Numbered from the stretch's first letter, positions 12,382 to 27,210 are shown. The stretch is 64,000 bases of DNA from Psilocybe cubensis (GCA_017499595.2 CM038998.1:1116001-1180000), one strand, 5' to 3'. Program-made: numbers and translations. Notes: a model not told the origin generated them from the sequence alone.

Positions 12382-14125
12382 ATGTTGGCATATTTTCAAG
12401 CTTTTATCGCGATTTTCATTGTCTCCTTCATCGCGATTATTGTCGGACCATCAAATGACCTTTCTCAAGATACATTTCGAGTGGCTGACCACATATATGG
12501 GCACACTCTCAATACGACCGTGGTTATCTTGAATTGGTCGCGATTTGACAATGTCAAACTAATTACTTCAACCATCTGCAAAAATCTACTGAATGATACG
12601 GTACAAACTATCATTGTGTGGAACAACAATCCTATCCCTTTATCCTATGAGGTGTGTAGTCTTGTTTTTGTCCTCGTTCAAGGATGAAAGCTAACTTACG
12701 CATTTATAGAACTTTATGAACGGCTCCTGTCCACAATGGGCATTAAACATAATAAACTCTCCCGAAAATCTATACTTTGAGGCGCGTTATGTAGCCTGCA
12801 CGTACGCTGGTACTGAGTTTTGTTTTATCCAGGTAAATTGTATGCTATATCTTCTCCTTCCGAATCTTTGCGCTTAAGTGTGGCATAGGACGACGATTAC
12901 TTTGTTCTACCTACAGTTATCAAAATGTTGACCTTGCGGATGCAAGAGAAATCTTTGAATTCTATTCACCTACAGCCACCACATGACATGCTTTCCAGCC
13001 AACTCAGGACTATCAACATTGATTCTTCTGTTCATACTACCTTTGCATGGTTGGGTTATGGAACTATCATCAAACGCTCGTTAGCTGTCGAATTCTTAGC
13101 TTTACTAGAAAAACTGCAACTTTCCGACGAAGTACATAAAATGTCGGATAACTACTTCACTATACTCAGCAATACGGTTCCTGAACGATGGTTTGATCCT
13201 GGGACACTTCTGGGAGGTGGGCAGCCATTCACGGTTGGTGCAGAAGGAGAACAGAGGAACAATCAGCATATTGTAATATCCATGCTTCTGACATTTTTAT
13301 CTGCATTGACATTCGAGACGAAACATAGATCAGGGCAGCAAGTATTTTGAACTCTATCACACAAAATGATGTTCATGCTTTGGATCTGCCTTATGTCCGC
13401 TTTCCACCGCAGTCAAAGACAGAGGATGATAGCTCCCGCGCACCGTGTCAACGCGACTTGTGCTTGGTCGAGACTTCTATCCGTCTGTTCCCGCAAGAGT
13501 TCGACAAATCGCTTGTGTCGGGAGTTTCAGATATACTCGAACTTGAGAAACGTAGGTTAGAACATCTAGGCGAAATAAGGAAGTTTCATTATCTGGAATT
13601 TCCCCCGTCGAACATGGTGGATTCCCGGTATGATACGGTCTTCCGTAGCTTTGACAGTAAGTTGCTTGGCTTTTACTCTGGAGTAGTGTCTTTGCCTAAT
13701 TATCCGAACTGACTGTGTTGGTAGATGCCAAAGCGGGAGATTGGATTATCTTGGATATGTTCCGACCTTTCACGTCCAGTCAATCCACGTTTGTCTTAGT
13801 AGTTGGTCGGGAAACCGAACCTATTCTTCGGGAGGCTATTTATGAAGTCTCCCGGGACGGAAAAATCTGGGTGAGTTTTAATAACTCTGTAACCGCCAAT
13901 TGCCCTGTTGTCGCTGATTGCATGGTATTTCTGCGTTATCAACTTTAGGATGGTTTTTCCAATGCCTTGGAGTGCTTCGATATGTTGAAGACAGAACATA
14001 CTGCTATAGCACAGTTAATGGCATGTAAGATTGTGTGTGAAGGTGGTGGACAACGATTTTACAGAGTGCGCTTGTTGGATGATATACAACAGAAATGGGT
14101 TATACATGAAGTATTTGTCGAATGA
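12382..14125 (+). CDS. Uncharacterised type II membrane/secreted protein with glycosyltransferase (GT-A, GT64/GT2-like) features
   Basis: N-terminal hydrophobic anchor; TVVILNWSR, IIVWNNNP, ENLYFEARY, CFIQ|DDDY (DxD), FAWLGYGT; exons joined by GT-AG introns. Confidence 0.6.
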
Positions 14126-14548
14126 ATTAGAATCACTTGACCTCCTGGAGTTCCACCTGAACCCATTTATTTGATATGAGTTAATTTAGGATTCTGGGGT
14201 AAGGGGTTAAGAGATGTTTTGTTTTCGAGGGACATGAGGAAAAGAACCAAAAGTATCGTCGGTCATCTTATTAATCCCAAGTAATAGAGGCGTAGCCTTG
14301 ATAGCATTCCTTTGCACACCGCAAGCAAAATTCCAAACAACTTTGCAGGCTTTTGAAGCCTCCCCCTATCCCGTTTGTGGATCAATTTTCAATATGGTGA
14401 ATTTCCAATTGGCCTGGGTCATAGGCGGGTCTCCGCTTACGTCATACTCTCCTGGTATACGCGAGGGCAGCGTGCGGTGATGTTGGCTTTACGCCGCTTG
14501 CTCTCACTCATTCTTATATTCGTTTTCTTGAAAGTAATCCTTAATCCA

Positions 14549-15781
14549 ATGTTCGTCACAGCTGTTCGTCGTGTGGCCACACCTGGAACCCTGGGCACAG
14601 CGAAACGTAGCATCTCTGTACAGGTAGTATGAACATTTCATTGGTTGCTTGGGACCCTCAGGTCGGCATGAATGTCGTGATACTGACGACGAAACAATGC
14701 ACAGTCCTTACTACATGGATCTCCGGAGGCTAAACAGGCAGGAGACCTCGATATCCAGCAGCACTCACGATTGGTTGGAAGGGGGAAATATATCCATGAG
14801 TTCCAAAGTAAGAGCACTGTCGTGTTTACATTTCGATGTGTGCATTCCTGAACGTTTTCTTCAGCACATCGCGTGAAACCCGAAAAGGTCGAAGAATATA
14901 AGAAGGCTGCGTAAGTTTTGGGTTGACAGTACTGTCGTTGCCAAGCGTGGCGCATGCTAAAAGCTGGTTCGGCGCGTAGGGAACGTTACTACAAGGGAAT
15001 GAAGGAAGATTCGAATCTTCGTGTCAAGCTATCAGGGAATTGGGAAACACTTGTTGGAGATCAAGACACTTTTATCCACATTTTGGAATACGAGAACTAT
15101 GCAGGATATGACAAGACTACACAACTTGTCAGGTCAACGGAGGTAAGGTTTGATAATATGGAATAGGTTGTCCGATGAAACTAATACGTACACACAGCAC
15201 CTTGAAGCATATCGAGCCATGCTGCCTTTCCTAACATCACGCACGACGCAGCTAAACCAAGAGTTCGCGATCTTGCCAACGGCTCCCCCACATGCTGAGG
15301 GGGGGATTTTTGAGCTGAGGACCTATCAGTTGAAGCCCGGAACACTTCTTGAATGGGAGAACACATGGTAAGATTCGTATGAATTTAGAGACATTCCCAG
15401 GTTTAAACGGCTGCTTTGACAGGAGAAGAGGCATCGAAGCGCGGCGCAAGTCCGTCGCTCCTGTTGGAGCATGGTTTTCGCAAGTGGGACGTTTACATCA
15501 GGTTCATCATATGTGGCAATATCCGTAAGTCACAACCCGGACTTCTGAAAACTAGACCACTGAAATCCTTGGTCTTGATTCAGGGACTTGCAAACGCGGA
15601 GGGATATCCGAGAGAAAGCATGGCAGATCGATGGTTGGGCAGAGACGGTTTCAAAGGTATGACGGCACTGTTTTGATCTATGAGAAGATTTTCTTGACGG
15701 GGTTCTGTTCAGACTGCTCAACTGGCAGAGTCGATGGATGCTTTCATTTTGACACCACTATCATTTAGCCCTCTGAAATAA
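14549..15781 (+). CDS. NIPSNAP family mitochondrial protein
   Basis: QHSRLVGRGKYIHEFQ, LSGNWETLVGDQDTFIHILEYENYAGYD, IFELRTYQLKPGTLLEWE, GAWFSQVGRLHQVHHMWQY, ends LTPLSFSPLK*. Confidence 0.93.
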
Positions 15782-16418
15782 GGCAATCGTTGTATTTCTA
15801 TATCATTTTTCACAATTAGCGAGGCTTCTATTACGGCGACTCTGGACCTTCTAATGAAGAGTAAAATACACTGGCAGGCGGCGTGAGCTTGCGACTTGTA
15901 TCTCATGACGAACGGAGGAGATAACTGATAATAGCGCAGCACACGAGTAAGTTCCGAGATGCTTTGCCCAAGACTAATCTACTTCTCACACCCTGGAGTG
16001 TGTGATCGTGAAGAAATTAGGTTGCGAACAAACGACGGGGATGTTATACTTGCATATACAACATTTAAACGGAATACCATCGGGATACCTCGGGAAATCA
16101 GGGGAAGCGGGCATGCTCCGCAGCGTCAGGCGCCAACTTGTTTGAGCGGAGAGTGTAAGAGATTGAGAGATGTGCTCACGGGAGAAGGAAAGCTACCGAA
16201 TGAGCTGGTTGACCAAGAAACTGGGTTGAAGAGACCTGGGACCATCTGGCAGTGTGTGAATGATTGCCGGCGGCTCTGCGGTTCGATCACCCATGACAAG
16301 CGCTCACGTGCGCCCCTTCGCGTCTCAGGCCAAGATCAGTCATTCCAAATACATCCAATATTGTACGTCTTGACTCCATCCTCCATCCATTAATCTTCTT
16401 CAATACTACTCCCCAACT

Positions 16419-19400
16419 ATGGAGTGGCACGAATCAGACCAGTCCGACGACGAGCATCACCATCTAGACGAATCACAGACAACCTCCAGGAAGCGAAGCA
16501 GCAGAGGTACCTCTTTCCCTATGTCTCTCAATATTAGCATCTCTGAGCCGTTGATCACAGCATGCGATCAGTGTCGCAAGACGAAGAGCAAATGCGAGAG
16601 ATCTGGAGGAGATATGAAGACATGTAAAAGCTGCGCGCTGACGGGAACAGGCAAGTCGTCCGGGATATTTGTGCCTCACAGTTCAATCATGTCTCATTCA
16701 TCGCTCACTATCTAGCTTGCACTTTTTTGGGTATGCCAATTGCAGTTCGCCGTCATTCCTGAAATATATTCACCTTGGATACCGTAACAGGCCCAAGCTA
16801 TAAACGTGGTCCACCAAAAGGTTATATCCATGCTATCGAGCAGCGTTGGCACCAGGTAGAAGCACTTTTAGGCTCTATTCTTCAGTGCCCCGATCCGAGG
16901 GTGCAGAGCATTGTCTCTGATCTTCGGCAGGATGATTTGGCCAGAGAGATTCTTGGGAGAGTAGATTCGGGACCTTACGTGCGTATTTGAATTTCAACTC
17001 ATGTCTCTTGGGCTCAAACGATGATATCATATACAGGGACCGTCTGGCCGACGGACGCAACGAGCAGACGCAACGAAAGAGGATTTTTTCGCCTCGATAT
17101 TGAAGAGCAATGAAAGCGCTCACGGAGATTCATCAAGGGCTCGGAGGCAGTCGCGGGTTTCAAGAGAGATTGTTTCGTCAAATCAAGGTAAGATGGATCT
17201 CTTTTTTCCTGACTGGCTTCACTAACTAAAACTTCGAAGATCATGGTCTTTCCGTTGTGCCCACAAAAGAATGGCAAGACAACCTATCGAAACGTTTGGC
17301 ATTTGGTCCTAGCGCAAGCACCAGCACCCGACTACCTGATGATCAAGGTGCTCCCTCATCACGTCGAAGGCGATTAAACGATAACAACGGACTGTCTCCA
17401 TCGAATTGGAACCAGTTGTATACGATTGATCCTGCCCCGGGTATGTTTATTTTTATCACCTTTGGTTATCTCTTCTAATGTGTTTGACGTCTAGATGAAA
17501 CTGACGAACTAAAGAACACATCTGAGGGTATGGGCCAATTGTCATTGGATGAGAACCAAGAAGTAAGATATTGTGCTTGATGTTTTGACACGTAATGGCT
17601 GAAGCTCAGTAGGTCCGTTTCCATGGGCAAGCCAGCGGGCTACATCTTCTTGGTCGAAACGAGCGGACAGATGATCGAATAGAGGGTGGTGTATGGTATG
17701 TTTCTTGTTGACTCCCTTTGATTCGGTCTGATGAGAATCTCAGGCGCCTACCCATGGCCAGAGTATGGCCCCCTTCTAAATTTGGCATCGACACACAAGC
17801 ACTACCCTATCCACGCGTTGATCTACCCCCACAAAACATTCAGGATGAACTAATTGACCTCTACTTTATCAATATACACCCAGTCTTCCCGGTTATTCAC
17901 AAAACAAGATTTTTGGCTGAATATAATTCAAGAAAAAGGTATGTAATTATCAATTTCGGATGTCATTTTTGTATTGATAACATGATCAGCGAGGGTCAAG
18001 ACTTTAGAGATTCTCCCGGGACTAGCTCAGGATCTACATACTCATCACCGAGACCAGAGCCGACTCAAGAAGTCACCCGCCTACTGTTATTCTCAATGTT
18101 TGCTGTTGCCGCCCGCTACGTCGCCGACCAGCCAGATTCACGAGAAGGGAACAAGATGTGGGACGCTGGGTACGAATATTTGGACCACGCCCGCAAAATC
18201 TTGAGTAAAAGGCCTCAATCTGGAGTTAATTTGAAATTTTCATTCATGTTCTATTTTTAGCAAACGTGTTCCATGTATCCCGGCCATCGACGGTACAGGC
18301 ATTGTTGCTCTTGGGATACAGGGAATTTGGCATTGGCTCTATGGAACAGGGATGGATATTTATCGGTGGGCTTTTATCAGGTGTTTTGTTTAGCATGCTG
18401 TTGATCGGGTTATGCCAGGTTCGGGCATTCGTATGGTGTGTGGTGCTTGTATCCGTTCGAATGATCGATTTCTGATTTGTATGGCTGTAGGCTTTTGACC
18501 TTGGCTTGAATTGTGATTCAGCGGGATGGAAAATGCACGGGCATGACCTGTTTTCACCCGAAGAAACGCAAACCCGACGTCAGATATGGTGGGCATGTAC
18601 TTTAACAGACAGGTAAGCATGCGCCAATCCAAGATTTACCTGAACTGGTGCTGAATATATCCCTCCATTAGATATGGATCTATCTATATGGGTACGATTT
18701 TTCTCATTAAAACAATCTTCTGATATTGAAGGTGTTTGTAGGTCGTCCCACAATGATCAAAGATGAGGACTTCGATACTCCATTACCTGGTGTCGATCCT
18801 GTGAGTGTTTTTAGTACCTTTGTCGAATTTTACTCAATGCTCAGAAATCATTGGACGTGATATAGATACAAGATCGCCAGCCATGGCAGCCTAGTCTAAC
18901 CAGAGATAACATTCCTTACCCTCCGGTCCCTGGCCGAGTTATGAGCGCATTTTGTGCTACGTCTCGATTAGGTGGGTTCACTTATCTATTTTCTCTCACC
19001 CTGTCATAAATTTAATTTTTCTTTTTGTTTTCTTCGAAAAGCCGTAATTTTGGGTGCCATCGTGACCCAAATATATCCGGTGCGCTCTAGGTCAAGCTCG
19101 ACACGACACACCATGCTGGCTGACTTGGAGAGCCGGCTGGACCAATGGTATATCACACTACCTGACGAACTACATTACGACGGCTCAAGTAAGAAATTGA
19201 CACCGCCACCGCAAATATGTTATCTGCACGTGCGATATTGGGGGGCGGTTCTGTTACTTCATCGTGCTTTGTGAGCATTGTTCTGTCAATGTTCCGTATT
19301 TCCCGCGACTGAATCATCTGGTTTTCTTAGCATACCCAATTGGAAAGGGTGCGGACTTTGAGTGTTGTTCATTGGAGAAATTTTGGCTTATTTCTTTTTG

Positions 19401-20308
19401 GTTCTCTTCTGGACAGGCAACCACAGGCGCTTCATCGTTCGTCTGTGGGCACGCGGGCGTTTGATCTCTCGCATTCGGCCGCGTGCCATATCATTTCGAT
19501 CGGTACTATAATGGATTATCACCGAGAATAGGAGGCTAATGTGTTGTTTTTAGTAACGAGTTACAGGGAGACCTTTACTATGAAAAAGGCGTCCCCATTC
19601 TTGACGTCCTATCTCCTAGCTGCAGCGTAAGCGTTATGTTTGCATCCGTCCGTTCGGGATCTGACTCATCGTTTAGAATAATGCACATTTTGACGCGTAA
19701 GTTGCCGAGAATACCAAGAATTTTTTTGTGCTTGGGCGCTAAATCGGCTATATTTCCAGTAACTGTTCGACCGGATAATATTGAGGCGAGTGTTGCACTG
19801 CAGAATTGCATGACGGCTCTCAAGGAAATGGAGGTATGCTATATTTGTACAACAACAAAGGTTCTTTGTTGAATACATGACAGGTCGTGTGGCCGAGTGC
19901 AGCGCGTGCGTGGGAGCTGCTTAACGGGGTGCATTTGCGCGCACAGGCGCACCCGCTTGCGCAACCCATGCGCTCCCCGCCGCAGTATGCGTACACAGAC
20001 CGCAATAAGCGGGGGGCACAGGATGCATTTGGGGACGAGAAGCCATCGGATTATCTTCAGCGCGAGGTGTTCAGGCCTTCCGCGTCTGGCACGCCGGACC
20101 ACACGGCCAGCGGCGGGGGCGAGCTGGTGAACGAGAGCAATCTGAATGCAAATGGTGTACAGGATGTCAGCACGCGGCTGATGGCGCACATGCTGGGGCT
20201 GGAGATCCCTGGGGTAGAGCCGTCGACGTCGTACTATCCTGGGTACGAGTGGTGGCCGCGGATGAACCAGGGCGGGGGGTATACGATTACGCCCCAGCAA
20301 GCGTCTCA

Positions 20309-20340
<32 letters not shown>

Positions 20341-20588
20341 AACAGCAGCAGCAGCAGGGAGGACAAAGCGGACAGTATGCCACGAGTGCGGAGTTTGGTG
20401 GGGCTGAGATGCAGCAGAGCCTTGGGGCGGCTGGGGGAGGCGGGGCTGGGAACTTGGATGGGACAAACTGGGAACAGAGCATGGCTGGAACTGGGGTGGG
20501 GCAGGTGGGTGACTATGGAATGACGGCTGGGAATAGCCACACTGGCAATTTGAACTACACGTATGACTTTGGACAGTATGGGTTGTAG
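16419..20588 (+). CDS. Zn(II)2Cys6 fungal transcription factor with Fungal_trans domain and polyQ tail, many exons
   Basis: ACDQCRKTKSKCE...CKSCALTGT|ACTFL|GPSYKRGPPKGY; LYFINIHPVFPVIHK; STVQALLLLGYRE; RRQIWWAC..DR. Confidence 0.92.
20307..20357 (+). repeat. CAG/CAA coding microsatellite (Q17)
   Basis: cagcagcagcagcaacaacaacaacaacagcagcaacagcagcagcagcag. Confidence 0.95.
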
Positions 20589-20763
20589 TATAAATATTAT
20601 TGTATAGTATGGGACTTATTATGTTTGTGAGAATCTAATCTGTTTTTCTGATGGTTGGTTACGTGAGCGGATGTGATCGCAATCACCTTGGACCTTCGTG
20701 GACCCACGATTGACGATTTCCCACTTGTTGGTCCAGCCTTGTCCAGCGCTAACCACACCCACC

Positions 20764-22790
20764 ATGTCCCACCTCCATGACCTCCTCAACCCAGATTCAA
20801 CTGAGAACCAGTCTCCAACGTATGTCTCTCAATCCCCAATTGTCCCTGTGCCCCCGCTGAACTTCCCACCCTCTTCCAGATTAGCCGTGGAGACAGAGCC
20901 AGAGCCATCCGATAGCCAGTCCTCTGAGGGCGAGGACGAGATCTCCCCCGCATCCGAGGACGAGATCGACGAGCTCGACGAAGAGTCCCCCGAGGAGGAG
21001 GACGAGGGTCCCCCGCCTGCGACGCGGCAGCGCAAGGGCCGGACGCACACTGCGGTGCGGCGGGCCAGGGAGAAGGCAGAAAAGGCGTCGGGGTCGAGGC
21101 CAGCTGCGGAGGCAGAGAGTCCTCAGGAGGATGCCGAGGCGAAGGACGACAACATTATCTCGCTCAAGGAGGAGGCGCGGCCAGAAAAGGCGCTCGAGCC
21201 TGCCCCGCGCAGGCGCCTTGAAAAGCATGACAGGAAGATTGACCTCGGCCTCCACGACCACAAGGCACATGCGGACTGCCCGGACACCCTCGCATGTCTC
21301 CCAGATACCCCCGGCCGCCCCCAGCACACCCTCCCCGTTATCCTGCGCTGTGCGATCCTCGGCAGCCCTCGCAAGCGCCTCACGATCCGCGAAATCTACG
21401 CGACAATGGAGTCCAAGTACCCGTACTACAAGTCGGCCGGACAGACTTGGAAGGTGCGTGCGCAGCCAAGTGTTGGTTGGCGCATATATTGACCCATTTT
21501 GTACAGCAATCGGTTCGCCACCATCTCTCGCTGAATCGGCTGTTTGAGCGCCAGCCGCGGCCTGTGACTGATCCGGGGTTTGGCTCATACTGGACGGTTA
21601 ACTTGTCCGCCCCCCCTGGAACGAAGCGCCCTCGCAAGAGGGGTAGGCCGCAGAAGGAGGGCGAGGGCGCGAGGTCGGGCGAGATGTCGGGCGAGAACTC
21701 GCCCATCACCCTTATGCCAGCGCCAACCAAGTTCCAGTTCCAGCCACAGACGCACCCCGCCCCGCCCCTGCCACCTCTGCCCCTCCCCCAAATCAGCTCC
21801 ATTCAAACATCGATATCGCCGCTGTCCCTTGGCCCCCCTCCACAGCCCCACCCACAGTCACTCAGCAACCCGCAGCTTTCCCCGTCGTCGCGCCATCCCC
21901 CACCGACACCCCAATCATCTTCGTCACATGCATCTCACGTTCCCATTGTTCACAATTCGCAGTTTGCGCCTATACAACTCACTATGTACGATCCACGACA
22001 ACACCATCCTACACCACCTGGCTATCCGCCATTGCTAAAATCACCTACACATCTGCACCCACATCGTCCATATCCGCATGACGGGCGACCCCCAGATTCT
22101 CGCGCCCTTGATATACAAAGACAACAAGAAGCCGCACATAGGCACCACGAGGCACAACGTGCACACGACGCGCATCGATCCTCAGATTCCCAACGTCATT
22201 CCTATGACACGCGCCGAAACTCCTTGAATAGACCACCGCCGCCCCCACCACCACCGACTAGCGATCTGGTCAGCCACCGCAAACCAGCGACACCCATGAC
22301 GCCGCACTCGTCGAAGGAATCGGAGGCGGAGAACGGGATGGACACAAATGGGCCCATCGTGTCCGACGACGAATTTGAGAGCGAGGAGGAGATGCGACCG
22401 CCGTATGTGCGGCGCGAAGCGGCATTCGTGGCGACGCGCCCATCGCCCATCTTTACGCTACCTCCATTCTCGAAGCTGGAGCATAACAAGGAGGAAATTA
22501 TGGAGCACATGCGGCAGGAGATCGCGTCATTGCGGCGCACGTCTGCGGAGGCGGTGTCGACTTCGCTCAGACTTACAGAGCAGCTGGCGAACGCGAATTT
22601 GGAGGTGTCGCGTTCGAGAGAAGCTGTCAGGGATTTAGAGGACATGTTGCAGCGCGAGGCCACACAGAGGAAGGAGGCGGAGAGGTTGAAAGACCAGGAG
22701 ATTGAGAGGCGGCGTGCGGCGGAGCATGCGCTGGGATCTTTGGCAAATAGGTCGCCTATTGCGCGTGCGAGGCCGACGACGACGACGTGA
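20764..22790 (+). CDS. Forkhead (winged helix) transcription factor with C-terminal coiled coil, 2 exons
   Basis: RPQHTLPVILRCAILGSPRKRLTIREIYATMESKYPYYKSAGQTWK|QSVRHHLSLNRLFERQPRPVTDPGFGSYWTV. Confidence 0.93.
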
Positions 22791-24026
22791 TGAACTGGGC
22801 AAATTTTAATGCCAAACGATGCAGTTCACAGAACAACTTACGGCTACCTGCGTTTCTAACTCTCTCTTTATTCTCGCCTCGGAGGGCCTCTGGAAGGGCA
22901 ACCCCTTTTCTCTTCCCGGATTACAGACCACAACACGCTTCATTTTATCAATGTGCGACACTATCTATTCCGCCCGCCCCCTTGCAGGTGGTGCTCTGCA
23001 GTGGGCAAAATGTTTACCCCCACCAACCAATATAGAGACGGATACTACTTTGATATATTTCTCTTATCCCTGCTGTGCCAATTGGTTGCTAGCATTTGGG
23101 GAAGGAGAAAGTTAGACACAGGACTTTTTTCTCCTAGGCCGCGCTTCTGATTTTTTTTTTCTTTCCTTGTTTTTCTCATTTTTTCGGTTTCTCGGTTTTC
23201 ATTCACATCTGCACTGCATTGAACGACACGACACACACACACACACCAAACCACACTTATATCGTTATCAACATCCCCACTCATTTCCATGTACCCATCC
23301 ACTACCCTTGCTATCTGGATTGTGTTTCTTTCTATCTCTATCTCTGGCTCTCTCTCTCTGGCTGCATGGCCGGAATTTACAGGCTCAAGCTCTCTTGGAC
23401 CACTCAAAACTCAACAACAAACCAACCGCACATTTTCTTTCTTTCATGCTCATGCTACCACTCATGAAAACGTTCAAAATATCAAGAGACATAAAATCAG
23501 GTCGGTCACGGTGGTTGGTGGACGATTTTAACGCCCCCTTTGCCGTCTTCTTCTACTGGGAACTGGTTCTTGCCGTTCAGCTCAAATCTCCAGTGCAATA
23601 TTATTATATTATTCCGCGATTCGGTGATTCTGGACCTGTGTCTACAAGGATGTGGGCTATGGTGCTGCGTACAGCTTATCGCCCACTTTCTCCTGCATGT
23701 ATGTATGTCGATAGAAATAAGGCCATGGCTATGGAGGAGCGTGGATTGTAGTTGGGGGTTCGTGGGGCTTAAGCTTGCAGATTTTGTAGGCTATGGGAGG
23801 GAATATGTTGTATGTATAACAGCATCATGATTTGTAAAGTAGTTTGCAGTACGTTGGGGGAGGAGGGGCGTGCGGGAAGTTACAGGCAACCATGGCCAAT
23901 TACGTACATACACGCACAAACAACAACATTTTCCATTACTCTTTGAAGTTTGATCGGGATTCAGGGTTTCGTGAACACTCTTTTTTGTCTCTTGGGCTCT
24001 GTCTGAAATTACTTGTGAAGGTTGCG

Positions 24027-27000
24027 ATGGCTGTCCCTGTAGGCAGCGGACGACCAAAACTTAAGACTGCGTGCGCATATTTTTCTTTTTCTTTTTTTGT
24101 TTTGTGAATGACAATTTTTGATGGTATTTTCTTACTGTAGATTCAAAAAGGCGCGTACGATCGCGCCGCTTTATACCTCTGGTGCTGTCGCTATCACGCT
24201 AGATGGCACGAGGCTCGTTACGTGTGTTGCGGAGGATATACTCTTGACGGATGTGGAGACTGGAGTGCAGATTTGCCGCTTTGTAGGGGTGCGTTTTTTT
24301 AATTTTTTTGTGTCCCCGTCAAAATTTTTTTTTCTTCTTCTTTAAATTGTGCTGATGTTCGTTTTTGAAAATTAGGATACGCAACCGATAAGCTCGTTAT
24401 GTATTACGCCGTCTGGATCGCATCTTCTTGTATTCACATCTTCGCTCTCGCTGCGCATTTACGAGCTCCCTCCCATCCCAAATTCAAACACAAACGCAAG
24501 CAGCCCACCAGAACAACTGAAAAAGCGCGTGCCGCCCGTACGCGTCGTCGGGCGCGCACACGACGCCCCGGTGCACGTATGCCGCGCGGACCCCACATCG
24601 ACGTATCTCGCATCAGGCGCGGCAGACGGCGTCGTGAAAGTATGGGACATCCGCCGCGGGTTCGTGACGCATGTGTTCCGCGGGCACGGCGGGGTCGTCA
24701 GCGCGCTGGCATTTAGCTTCCCGCGTGTGAAAGCCGATGCATTGGGATTGGATTCTGTGGGGGGGAGGAGGACGATGCACCTTGTGACGGCGTCGGTGGA
24801 TACGCGGATTAGGGTGTTTAATTTGACGGAGGGCGCGTCGACGTCGAGTGGGGGCGGGAAGCCTGAGGCGGTGTTGGAGGGCCATGTGTCGGTGCCGAGG
24901 GGGCTGGATGTGACGCCTGACGGGCGGTGGCTCGTCAGTGGTGGCCGAGACGCTGTTGTGCTTATTTGGGATATGCACTCGAAGTCCGCTGCGGCGTCGA
25001 CGACGGCGATGAAAGGCAAGACGAAAAAGGCGAGTGGGAAGGCGGTGGGGATGACGCCTAGTTTGGCGAAGACTGTGCCGGTGCTTGAGCGTGTTGAGGC
25101 GGTGGGATTTATGCAGGAGGAGGAGGAGGATGTGGAGAAAGGACAGTTGAGATTTTATACGGGTGGTGAGAAGGGTGTGATTAAAATTTGGGATGCGAAG
25201 AAGGGCCAGGTTCTGGAGACGTTTGGGCGGGAGGATGCCGCGACGACGACGGCCACTGCTTCTGCAGACGAAGATATGGAAGAGCAGCGGCAGATCACAA
25301 ATATTTTGTGTGTATTCTCGATTTTCTATTGAGGTATGGTTGTAACTAATTTTTGGCTGTACAGATACCTCCCCTCAAAATCGACCATGGTGTCTATCCA
25401 CGCCGACCAAAACATCATTTTCCATTCTGCAGTGGACGGAACGCTGTCCCGCCAGATGATCGGGTACAACGACGAAATCGTCGACGCGACGTTCCTCAGC
25501 CACCCCTCTTCTTCTTCACTATCACCACAGCAGCAGCAGCAGCGCGACACGCACGTGGCATTCGCGACCAACTCGTCTCTCATCCGCGTTTATTCCACAG
25601 CGAACCTCGACGCGCGGCTGTTGGAGGGCCACTCGGAGATTGTGCTCGCGCTCGATCGGTCGGCGGACGGCACGGTGCTCGCGAGCGGGAGTAAAGACAA
25701 GACGGCGAGGATCTGGGCGCCGGTCGTTGTGGATGATGATGCGTCGTCTGCGTCGTGGGGGTACAAGTGCGTGGGTGTGTGCGAGGGCCATGCGGAGAGT
25801 GTTGGTGCTGTTGCGATGGCACGCGGCGGCAGCGCGCCGGAGGGTGGGCGTGGAGGGCTCAAGTTTATGTTTACGGGCAGCCAGGACCGGACGATCAAGA
25901 TGTGGGATGTGTCCGATGTGCCTACAACTGTTGCCTCGTCTTCGGACGTGGACGTTGTGAGATGTAAAAGTCTGACGACGCACAAGGCGCACGAGAAGGA
26001 CATCAACGCGCTCGACATTTCGCCAAATGACCGATTCCTCGTGTCTGGCTCGCAGGACCGTACAGCTAAAATCTTCGAGATCCAGTATATCACGAGCAGC
26101 AACGGCTCGGTGCGCGGCGAGCTGAAGCTGGTGGGGACGTGCAAGGGCCACAAGCGCGGGGTGTGGACGGTGCGGTTCGGGCGGGCGGAGCGCGTGCTGG
26201 CGACGGGCAGCGGGGACAAGACGGTGAAGCTCTGGAGTCTGGACGACTACGCGTGCCTGCGCACGTTCGAGGGCCACACGAACTCGGTGCTCCGTGTGGA
26301 CTTTTTGTGCGCGGGGATGCAGCTGGTGAGCGCGGGCTCGGATGGGCTTGTCAAGGTGTGGAATGTGAGGGAGGAGGAGTGTGTTGCTACGCTGGATAAT
26401 CATGAGGATAAGGTTAGTGATTTTTTTTTTGGTAGTTGGATGAGTGAGATGTTGATTGGATTTTTGGTTAGGTGTGGGCTCTGGCTGTTAGCTCGGACGA
26501 GCGCACGATCATATCTGGCGCTGCAGACTCTGTGGTCACCTTTTGGGAAGACTGCACTGAAGAAGCCGAGACGGAAAAAGAAAACAAACGCGCCGATGCT
26601 GTTCTCAAGTACGATTTTATTTTTTGCAAGTCCCATCGCGTATTATTAATTAATTTTTTTGTGTCTACGTAAACTCTCTAGGGACCAGGATTTTATGAAC
26701 TACGTTGCACTGCGGGATTACAAGCGGGCGATAGAGTTGGCATTGGCGATGGCGCAGCCTGGGCGGCTGTTCAATCTGTTCCGAGATGTAGCGGGAGAGG
26801 GAGAGAGCAGTTCGCTGACCGGCAGCACGGCTGTGGACGAGGTGATACGGACGCTGCGGGGCAGTGAGCTGGCGAAGCTGCTGCGGTTCGTGCGGGACTG
26901 GAACACGAATGCAAAGACGTCTGTTGTGGCGCAGCAGGTGCTGTATGCGATTGTGAAGCTGCAGAGGGCGGAGCGGGTGATTGGGGCGTTTGGAGAGGAG

Positions 27001-27210
27001 ACAGCGGAGCGGGCGTTTGCGGAGGGCGAAGAGGAGGAAGATGCAACGAGTGGGGCAAAGACGGGACGGACGGCAGTCAAGGAAGTTTTGGAAGCACTGA
27101 TACCGTACTCTGAGCGGCACCAGGGGCGGATAGAGAGGCTGGTGCAGGAGAGCTACGTGGTGGACTATATCCTGGGCGAGATGGACGATGGGATGGACGT
27201 CGATACTTAG
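24027..27210 (+). CDS. UTP13: U3 snoRNP WD40 protein UTP13/TBL3
   Basis: LKTA|FKKARTIAPLYTSG start, many WD repeats (GHKRGVWTVRF, FEGHTNSVLRV, AHEKDINALDISPND), C-terminal Utp13 domain RDWNTNAKTSVVAQ...LIPYSERH...SYVVDYIL. Confidence 0.93.

Noticed and set aside
22790-24020. ORFs of 80-194 aa downstream of the forkhead gene
   Set aside because: Low-complexity CA/CT/T tracts typical of UTR or intergenic DNA
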